IMG/VR virus record: IMGVR_UViG_3300032261_000051
Span: 1 to 30,591 of that record
Source of the DNA: a virus
Lineage: Duplodnaviria > Caudoviricetes
DNA length: 30,591 bases
Strand: one strand, 5' to 3'
Shown here: positions 6,646 through 12,089 of the stretch, in pieces
How the letters are laid out: every line of letters starts with the position of its first letter
Numbering within the stretch: position 1 is the stretch's first letter
The notes under the pieces: model-generated
Database searches by the model: none
Told to the model about the DNA's origin: nothing
The model's input: the letters and a program-made list of their open reading frames with translations, nothing else
Made by a program: the position numbers and the translations under genes

Positions 6646-6853
6646 TGCTATGTCCCTCCATTTCAGCTGCGACGTTCAGGGTCTCGGCCATTTGGTAGCC
6701 GAGCTTGGTGAGAAGGTTGTGCATCAGGCGGATGTGGGTGGTTTGGTGATCTCCGAAGAGGTGGCGGCTCTCGAAGAGCTCGATGGCGTATTTGAGGCTG
6801 AGGGTCGTCATGTCCGCGATCATGCGGATCTTCGTAATGTGCTGGGGGTCCAT
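6620..6853 (-). CDS. Hypothetical protein (MDPQHITKIRMIAD...)
   Basis: AAGGA SD before ATG 6853; GC3 bias. Confidence 0.75.
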   Translation of the reverse strand: MDPQHITKIRMIADMTTLSLKYAIELFESRHLFGDHQTTHIRLMHNLLTKLGYQMAETLNVAAEMEGHSNESTSSTE

Positions 6854-7037
6854 TGGCGTGGTCCTTCTGATGGGAGGCAATCCAGTTGATAAGGTGGATG
6901 CAGAGGCGGCTCCATCCGCGCTCGCTGTCGGGGTGTGGGATCTCACGGAGAATGTCGGGATCACAGGTGGCCTCAGCTACCCGGCGGAGGCTGAGTCGGA
7001 GGATCTCGAGTTCCATTCTGGAGATCCGCTCGTTCAT
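6663..7037 (-). CDS. Hypothetical protein (MNERISRMELEILRLSL...)
   Basis: AAGGAG SD and ATGA coupling. The tail overlaps the next gene by 191 nt. Confidence 0.65.
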   Translation of the reverse strand: MNERISRMELEILRLSLRRVAEATCDPDILREIPHPDSERGWSRLCIHLINWIASHQKDHANGPPAHYEDPHDRGHDDPQPQIRHRALREPPPLRRSPNHPHPPDAQPSHQARLPNGRDPERRS

Positions 7038-7276
7038 TTGGTGAACTCCTTCTCGAAGTCATCGAGGCTGTAGTCCGGCTGCTTGGCCTTCTTGTCCTCG
7101 TCAGACATGGCGCGCTTGAGCTTGAGGACTTCCTTTGCCTCGTCCTCGGTGAGTGGTCGCTTGCCCCGGACGATGCCGTAGATGAGGGCGATCCGGGCGG
7201 CCTCTCGGCCCTGGTAGTCGACTAGCATGAGTAGCTCCGGTGGGTTGACTCGGGATTGAGATTTGCGGTCGGTCAT
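7034..7276 (-). CDS. Hypothetical protein
   Basis: ATGA coupling at both ends. Confidence 0.8.
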   Translation of the reverse strand: MTDRKSQSRVNPPELLMLVDYQGREAARIALIYGIVRGKRPLTEDEAKEVLKLKRAMSDEDKKAKQPDYSLDDFEKEFTK

Positions 7277-7482
7277 GGCACGACCTTCACGATTACGTAC
7301 CGCGGGGTGTTGGCTCCTTCTGTGATTTTGCGGTAGACGATGTTGAAAGCCTTGGCGAATGGGGACTCAGTGCCATAGGCGTATTTGAGATCCTTGGAGA
7401 CGTTGAGGGATTCGTCCATTGTGAGCTCGACCATCTCAGCCTTATCGATGGCCATGAGTTCAACTTCGTAGATCGTTTTCAT
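7273..7482 (-). CDS. Hypothetical protein (MKTIYEVELMAIDK...)
   Basis: ATGA coupling; protein-like composition only from ATG 7482. Confidence 0.75.
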   Translation of the reverse strand: MKTIYEVELMAIDKAEMVELTMDESLNVSKDLKYAYGTESPFAKAFNIVYRKITEGANTPRYVIVKVVP

Positions 7483-7556
7483 CGTTGGAGGGTTCCAATG
7501 AGCCAGGCGTAGAAGCCGAAGATGAGGATGAGCACGAGGGCGGTGTCGTAGGTCAT
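7479..7556 (-). CDS. 25-aa single-pass membrane peptide MTYDTALVLILIFGFYAWLIGTLQR
   Basis: Hand translation; GGAGAG SD; ATGA overlaps at both ends fill the gap exactly. Confidence 0.7.
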   Translation of the reverse strand: MTYDTALVLILIFGFYAWLIGTLQR

Positions 7557-7780
7557 GGCGTGGGCTCTCTCCATTCGCCTTTGCGCAGGATGTCGAGGCG
7601 CTTTGAGATTGCGAGAGTCCGGGCTTCGTGATCGGCTGCACCGCTTGCGGAGACGGCGTTGCGCAGGGTGGTCTCGAGGCCGAAGAGCGCGGCTCGGTGT
7701 AGGATCTTTGGTGAGAGCTTTGAGATGTCGGCTCGGAACATCTCACCTCGGATTGTGAATGAGATGATGTTTGTGCGCAT
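7553..7780 (-). CDS. Short paralogue of 8826-9461 (AALFGL...NA...GEW domain)
   Basis: Shares the AAxFG-x5-NA-xS...R-xxx-[LF]RxG[EQ]W pattern; GGAG SD. Confidence 0.75.
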   Translation of the reverse strand: MRTNIISFTIRGEMFRADISKLSPKILHRAALFGLETTLRNAVSASGAADHEARTLAISKRLDILRKGEWREPTP

Positions 7781-7793
7781 GGCATGGGCTCCG

Positions 7794-7832
7794 AAAGAGG
7801 AAGGCCAGCCGCTCCGAAGGAGCGGGCCGGCC
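7794..7832 (-). terminator. Possible intrinsic terminator or attenuator
   Basis: About 13-bp GC stem followed by an imperfect TTCCTCTTT tail. Confidence 0.45.
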
Positions 7833-7842
7833 GCTGTTGGCG

Positions 7843-8040
7843 CTAGTTGAAAGGCGTGACGGTTGGGAGCATTTCCGCGATGGTCTTCGGCTGCATCCTC
7901 CGGGCGATGGACTGGAGCTGGTCAATGAGACCGTGGATCTCAGTCTTGGTGTAGAGCGTCCGCGTGTGGCGTATGCTCACGAGGCCGTCCTGGTGCTTGC
8001 CTTCGCCTTGGCGAGCGATGATGTGGTGAGTGAGGTGCAT
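7843..8040 (-). CDS. Hypothetical protein
   Basis: AAAGGA SD; starts 2 nt after the upstream stop. Confidence 0.7.
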   Translation of the reverse strand: MHLTHHIIARQGEGKHQDGLVSIRHTRTLYTKTEIHGLIDQLQSIARRMQPKTIAEMLPTVTPFN

Positions 8041-8042
8041 GA

Positions 8043-8291
8043 CTACTGTCCTTTCTTCTCCTTTGAGTGCGTGACCTCGATCTTGACCTTGTCAACGAGG
8101 AAAGACTCGTTGTTGAGGACTTCGATCAAGAGGTCCGGATCATGATAGATGTCCATCAGGACGTCGTGGACGGCGTCAGAGTCCTCGGCGTCGAGATCGC
8201 TGTCATTCTCAGTGAACTGGTCGAGGTCGTCTGTGTCGACCTCGGTGTCGAAGGTGAGCGTGATAGTTGCCTCGACTTTGTGCTTTGCCAT
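8043..8291 (-). CDS. Small, highly acidic protein
   Basis: GAGGAG SD; D/E-rich; first gene after the promoter at 8341-8363. Confidence 0.85.
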   Translation of the reverse strand: MAKHKVEATITLTFDTEVDTDDLDQFTENDSDLDAEDSDAVHDVLMDIYHDPDLLIEVLNNESFLVDKVKIEVTHSKEKKGQ

Positions 8292-8340
8292 GGTCAGTGC
8301 TCCTCGTCTAGTGCTGGCGGATTTCTGGTCCGAAGAAGCT

Positions 8341-8363
8341 ATTATGGCACATGATTGTGGCGG
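8341..8363 (-). promoter_or_regulatory. Repeated promoter motif, copy 1: CCGCCACAATCATGTGCCATAAT
   Basis: 19/23 identical to the copy at 9922-9944; ends in a -10-like CATAAT. Confidence 0.6.
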
Positions 8364-8382
8364 GAATGTGATGAACGGCGTT

Positions 8383-8699
8383 CATTCGGGAGAAGGCGTG
8401 AGATTCGGGAGTCCGGGAGCAGGGGGGGTCTGTGCCCTGCACACATGGGCCCTTGTGTGCATTAAGGTCGCGCCGGGCAGCTACAGGCCAAGGTCCGTGT
8501 CTCGGCTCCCGCTTCCCTCTGACCTCCTCTCTTGACTCTATTATATATATATAGTAAAAAAAAAAAAAAAATAAGGTTAGAAGGTAGAGAAGGGTCAAGG
8601 GGTCTATAGGGGGAGATGTGTGCCGCCATACAAGGGGAGATGTGCCCCGGCGTGGGGGGGTGCTCCCGGACTCCCGTATGTCACGAAATGTCCCGAATG
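8383..8699. repeat. 39-bp inverted repeats flanking a (TA)6 and A16 tract; candidate replication origin
   Basis: 8383-8421 matches the reverse complement of 8661-8699 at 33/39, with the inner 16 bp perfect. (TA)6 is at 8542-8553 and A16 at 8556-8571. GGGGAGATGTG occurs twice. Confidence 0.65.
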
Positions 8700-8774
8700 G
8701 GGGGCCGCATTCGCGGCCCTGGAGCTCCGAAGGAGTCTGACTTGATTTCTGTCCCGAGCCTTTGCGCGGGGCGC

Positions 8775-8802
8775 AAAGAAAAGAGCCCGCCGAAGCGGGC
8801 TC
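8775..8802 (-). terminator. Rho-independent terminator
   Basis: GAGCCCGC-TTCG-GCGGGCTC followed by TTTTCTTT, just after the stop at 8826. Confidence 0.9.
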
Positions 8803-8825
8803 AGTGGGATGGCGGCTGAACGCCG

Positions 8826-9461
8826 TTAGGCGTTCAGGAGGTCGTCGAGATCCGTCGAGATGCTCGCGCCCTCGGCCTTCTCTTGAGCCTGAGCCGCGCG
8901 CTCTGCGGCCTTCCGGGCCTTGATGGCCTGATATGCGGCTCTGACCTTGACATCTTCCATCATCTTCTTTGGCGTGAGCGACTCATTCGCGAGGCGCTCG
9001 CGCAAAGCTTCGATGGTCGACTCTGTCACATTGATGCCAGCGGCTCGCCGCGACTCAATGTAAGCGAGAACAAAGTCGTTCGTCCTTGGCCCAGCGGCCT
9101 CTGCAGACCACTGACCATCCCTGAACATGGCGAATCGGTCCTCCGCCGCAGAAATCATGTCCTCGAGGTCCGGCTTGGTGTCCGTTTCCGACTTGGCCGA
9201 AGTCGCCGCGTTGGCGGCTGCGGTCAAGGCCCCGAAGGCGGCCGCGGCGTAGAGCCAATTAGGATGCTCTTCGCCAATGGCTCGCAAATTGAGATCCATG
9301 AGATAGCCATTCTCCTTGAAGTGGAGCCTGGCCGTGTGGATTAGGGACTCCACACTAGCTCGAACATCTCCCTTGGGCGCGTCCGCAGAAATGTAGACTT
9401 TCTGCACCCGCACGGTCCGGGGTTCTTTCTTGCCATTCCCAGTCGTCTCGATCATAGCCAT
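8826..9461 (-). CDS. Early helical protein, possibly an N4 gp2-like ssDNA-binding/transcription factor
   Basis: It has its own promoter and terminator, an AAAAFGA...FRDGQW core and an Ala/Lys-rich C-terminal helix. The family call is from memory and tentative. Confidence 0.8.
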   Translation of the reverse strand: MAMIETTGNGKKEPRTVRVQKVYISADAPKGDVRASVESLIHTARLHFKENGYLMDLNLRAIGEEHPNWLYAAAAFGALTAAANAATSAKSETDTKPDLEDMISAAEDRFAMFRDGQWSAEAAGPRTNDFVLAYIESRRAAGINVTESTIEALRERLANESLTPKKMMEDVKVRAAYQAIKARKAAERAAQAQEKAEGASISTDLDDLLNA

Positions 9462-9498
9462 AGTCGCTGTCCGGGGCGTCAGCCCCGGCTCCCTTGTA

Positions 9499-9524
9499 TC
9501 CTCGCGGGACCATTCCCTCGAGGA
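9499..9524 (-). promoter_or_regulatory. Leader hairpin with a GGGA-ATGG-TCCC core
   Basis: TCCTCG-A-GGGA-ATGG-TCCC-G-CGAGGA, 7 nt downstream of a -10 box. Confidence 0.6.
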
Positions 9525-9531
9525 ATTCCGA

Positions 9532-9560
9532 ATGATAGCTCAAACTTGACTAAAAGTCCA
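9532..9560 (-). promoter_or_regulatory. Sigma70-like promoter TGGACT-N17-TATCAT
   Basis: 17-bp spacing; shares TGAGCTAT with the promoter at 9922. Confidence 0.6.
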
Positions 9561-9667
9561 CGCCTGAGTCTGAAACAATTATCAAATCCGCGTTACCCGA
9601 AGTGTCCGTTCCTGTTGCGTTTCTGCCACATGAGCCCTGAAATATGTCCAGGGTATGCGCGACCTTA

Positions 9668-9700
9668 TCGAAAGAGGCCGGCTCGCGCCGGCACTCTCGA
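9668..9700 (-). terminator. GNRA-capped hairpin, probable terminator
   Basis: GCCGGC-GCGA-GCCGGC followed by CTCTTTC, 5 nt after the stop at 9706. Confidence 0.5.
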
Positions 9701-9705
9701 GTCAA

Positions 9706-9867
9706 CTAGTCGCTGGCCAAAATCCACCCGGCGTACGAGCCGGCTACGCCGATCGTACCTAGTCCCGGGAAGACTGCCTCAGATATAGCATAGGCTGACA
9801 GCCCTGTCAAGCCCAAGATGACGAGCTTGGCGAACACGACTCCAGCCTCACGCAAATACCATTGCAT
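9706..9867 (-). CDS. 53-aa hydrophobic protein MQWYLREAGVVFAKLVILGLTGLSAYAISEAVFPGLGTIGVAGSYAGWILASD
   Basis: Hand translation; GAGAGG SD; lies between a promoter plus leader hairpin and a terminator-like hairpin. Confidence 0.65.
   Translation of the reverse strand: MQWYLREAGVVFAKLVILGLTGLSAYAISEAVFPGLGTIGVAGSYAGWILASD
9782..9810 (-). promoter_or_regulatory. Sigma70-like promoter TTGACA-N17-TATATC with an overlapping palindrome
   Basis: Consensus -35, TG before the -10, and a TGACAG-GG-CTGTCA dyad over the -35. It lies inside the 53-aa ORF. Confidence 0.45.
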
Positions 9868-9887
9868 GGCGCAGACCTCTCACGTTT

Positions 9888-9913
9888 GTCCGGAGGGACT
9901 ATTCCCTCCCGAC
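9888..9913 (-). promoter_or_regulatory. Leader hairpin with a GGGA-ATAG-TCCC core
   Basis: GTC-G-GGAGGGA-ATAG-TCCCTCC-G-GAC, 8 nt downstream of TATACT. Confidence 0.6.
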
Positions 9914-9921
9914 CATGATTA

Positions 9922-9944
9922 AGTATAGCTCAGGATTGTGGCGG
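9922..9944 (-). promoter_or_regulatory. Repeated promoter motif, copy 2: CCGCCACAATCCTGAGCTATACT
   Basis: -10 TATACT; near-identical to 8341-8363. Confidence 0.6.
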
Positions 9945-10187
9945 AAATAAGGCACGACTTTGTCAAAATTGTGGTCTGAACGATGTTCAGCCCCTACGGT
10001 CCCCCCCATCGGCTCACGGGCCCGTTCGGGCCCAACCACTTCGCCGCCGAGCCCTGGTCGCCCATAAGGGGAGTTGTGTGCAAACACATTGATCCCCCTA
10101 CACCTGCCATGCAACGCTTGCCCCGCGCGTCATGCGCCCCCCGGCCTTCGGCCGGAGTCAGCGCAGGGGAAACTTGGAGATCATCCG

Positions 10188-10442
10188 ATGGCAAAGAGCG
10201 GACACAGAGTCGGCGGCCGGCATCACCGCTACAACGGCAGCGGCCACTCGAGCATCAAAGGCTACGACACGAAGAACGCGCCGGAGCAGAGTTCGGCGAA
10301 CAAGGTCGACCCGGGCAAGCACCACCAGGCCAGCTACATGCCGGGCATCGGCAAGGGCCACGGAGTGAGCCACATGGGCTCCGGCGAGCGCCGCGGCCTC
10401 GAGCACATGCCCCGCGCGATGAAGGGTCGAGGCGGTTACTGA
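10188..10442 (+). CDS. Small basic His/Gly-rich disordered protein (MAKSGHRVGGRHH...)
   Basis: GGAG SD before ATG 10188 and strong GC3 bias; first gene of the rightward arm. Confidence 0.8.
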   Translation: MAKSGHRVGGRHHRYNGSGHSSIKGYDTKNAPEQSSANKVDPGKHHQASYMPGIGKGHGVSHMGSGERRGLEHMPRAMKGRGGY

Positions 10443-10483
10443 GCCCGGGGGCCGTAGGCCCCGCAGCGGAAGGAGCCCCTTCC

Positions 10484-10864
10484 ATGAAACTCAACGTAAA
10501 GCTCCAGTCCTTCGAGGACACCTTCGGGGACCGCTGGAGCGATCCACACGGGCGCGCCGTCCGGGTGCGGGTGGTCCGCATGGCCTTCGTCCTCGACGCT
10601 CCGCCGCCCCCGCTGGGCTATCCGGTGGAGCCCGAGGTCCTCTTCGCCGTCGGGACAAGTGATCCGGACAGTCTTGAGGGGATTGACTTTGGCAACAAAG
10701 ACCAGGTCTACACGATCGACCTCGAGCCGGTCAGGACGCCCATCCGGCCGCCCGGCCCACGCCCGCCAGGGGCCGAAGGCCCCGGGGGCAGCCACCAGCA
10801 GCAGAAAGAAAAGGCTCCCGCCCATGGCAGCAAAGAACCCGGAACGCCACACCGCCGCGGCTGA
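10484..10864 (+). CDS. Hypothetical protein (MKLNVKLQSF...)
   Basis: AAGGAG SD before ATG 10484. Confidence 0.8.
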   Translation: MKLNVKLQSFEDTFGDRWSDPHGRAVRVRVVRMAFVLDAPPPPLGYPVEPEVLFAVGTSDPDSLEGIDFGNKDQVYTIDLEPVRTPIRPPGPRPPGAEGPGGSHQQQKEKAPAHGSKEPGTPHRRG

Positions 10865-11231
10865 CGCGGCCCCCCCGGGGCCGGAGCAGCAGGCCGGCAT
10901 CGTCACGGTGAGTCTCTTCGTGACGAACTTCGATCAGACGAGCATGCTTCGCTGGGATGAGCCCGTCGACTGCCCCCAGGGCCGACCCTGCCAGACCCCC
11001 GGCACGCAGCTCCAGGCCCAGACCCCGACGCTCCAGGATCCCTGCCCGGACGAACCTGAGGTCTTCCTCACAATCCGGACAGGGAACCCGAACTTCTGGC
11101 AGGGCGGCTACGTTGTCCCCGGGTCTCAGATCCAGCTCAAGATCGTCCTGCCCACGTCTCCGATCCCGGCGGCGGAGCGCCACATGCTTCCGCCCCGGCC
11201 GGTGCCCGGGCCAACGGATCGGATCGCCTGA
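10824..11231 (+). CDS. Hypothetical protein, distant paralogue of 10484-10864
   Basis: Shared EPEV...T..P motif; stop coupled to the terS ATG. Confidence 0.75.
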   Translation: MAAKNPERHTAAADAAPPGPEQQAGIVTVSLFVTNFDQTSMLRWDEPVDCPQGRPCQTPGTQLQAQTPTLQDPCPDEPEVFLTIRTGNPNFWQGGYVVPGSQIQLKIVLPTSPIPAAERHMLPPRPVPGPTDRIA

Positions 11232-11716
11232 TGTCGCCTCCGGCCAAGATCCTCTGGTGGTACGAGCGGCTGGCGGACTCGCTCATCGCGAACCCGCAGC
11301 TGACGCTGGGCGAGATCGCTGCGCAATTTGGGTGCACCCAGGCTTGGCTCTCGACCATCAAGAACTCCGACGTCTTTAAGGAGTACTGGACCCGGCGGTC
11401 GAACGAGGCGAGCAAGGACCTCCTGGGCGAGCTCCGAAGCAAAGGGATGGCGGCAGCTGAGATGGCAGTCGACGCCTTGAACCGCCGACTTGAGCTCGAG
11501 GCCGACTCGCTCCCCATCCCGACTCTCCTCGAGGTGGCCGACATCAGCATGAAGAGGTTCGGCTACGACAGCGGCGGGAAGAAGGGCCAGGCCCCCACGG
11601 TGAACAACTTCAACCTGGGCGTTGTGACTCCCACGGAGCTGGCCGAGGCCCGCGCGCGGATGCGGGCGCTGCGCTCCGAGGTGCTGGAGGCGTTGCCGAA
11701 TGGAACAGAATCGTGA
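11231..11716 (+). CDS. terS: Probable terminase small subunit (N-terminal HTH)
   Basis: TLGEIAAQFGCTQAWLSTI helix-turn-helix, a helical middle, and position upstream of the large terminase. Confidence 0.7.
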   Translation: MSPPAKILWWYERLADSLIANPQLTLGEIAAQFGCTQAWLSTIKNSDVFKEYWTRRSNEASKDLLGELRSKGMAAAEMAVDALNRRLELEADSLPIPTLLEVADISMKRFGYDSGGKKGQAPTVNNFNLGVVTPTELAEARARMRALRSEVLEALPNGTES

Positions 11717-12089
11717 GGCATGCTTTGCAGTGGTTAAGGAGGAGCAGGCCAAGGATCCGCACCCTGGTCCTGATGTTTTTCTTTCTCGTTGGACTCGTTG
11801 CCGGTGCGACTCCCTCCCTGCTGGTCTTGATCTCTTCGTCCTTGACACAGCACTTGTATGTGGGGAGGAGCCAACACTTCGGTGGCTTGAACTCTCCGCG
11901 GGCCCCGGAGTTAATCCTGCTGCGGTTCCCTCACGTCCCGTGATCCTGGACCTCGAGAGCTACCGCAAGCGCGCGCTCCGCAGCCGCCCGGGCTGGGTCG
12001 AGTTCCATACGAAGTGGGTCAACCGGACCCTTCGGGTGAAGAAGAAGGCGGTTCGAATGGTGAACGCGGTGTTGGAGGGCAAGGGGTGA
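11700..12089 (+). CDS. Degenerate glycosyl hydrolase 108 (lysozyme)-like protein
   Basis: CDSLPAGLDLFVLDTALVCG and WVEFHTKWVNR match GH108 and its C-terminal motifs. The catalytic EGGY motif is absent. GGAGG SD upstream. Confidence 0.65.
   Translation: MEQNREACFAVVKEEQAKDPHPGPDVFLSRWTRCRCDSLPAGLDLFVLDTALVCGEEPTLRWLELSAGPGVNPAAVPSRPVILDLESYRKRALRSRPGWVEFHTKWVNRTLRVKKKAVRMVNAVLEGKG
11713..11943 (+). CDS. Overprinted +1-frame membrane protein (76 aa), holin/lysis candidate
   Basis: GTG overlaps the terS stop (GTGA). A basic N-terminus precedes LVLMFFFLVGLVAGATPSLLVLI. Host-frame third positions are T-rich over this span only. Confidence 0.5.
   Translation: MRHALQWLRRSRPRIRTLVLMFFFLVGLVAGATPSLLVLISSSLTQHLYVGRSQHFGGLNSPRAPELILLRFPHVP

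Noticed and set aside
718-7037. Alternative genetic code as the cause of the missing stops
   Set aside because: TAA, TAG and TGA all end genes normally, and no single sense codon recurs at the expected ends.
8345-8360. Sigma54 promoter suggested by TGGCAC
   Set aside because: No GC at the required -12 spacing; the sequence fits a minus-strand -10 motif better.
8308-8598. 96-aa ORF with LFFFFFYYIYII
   Set aside because: It merely translates the A16 and (TA)6 tract and overlaps the inverted repeat and promoter.
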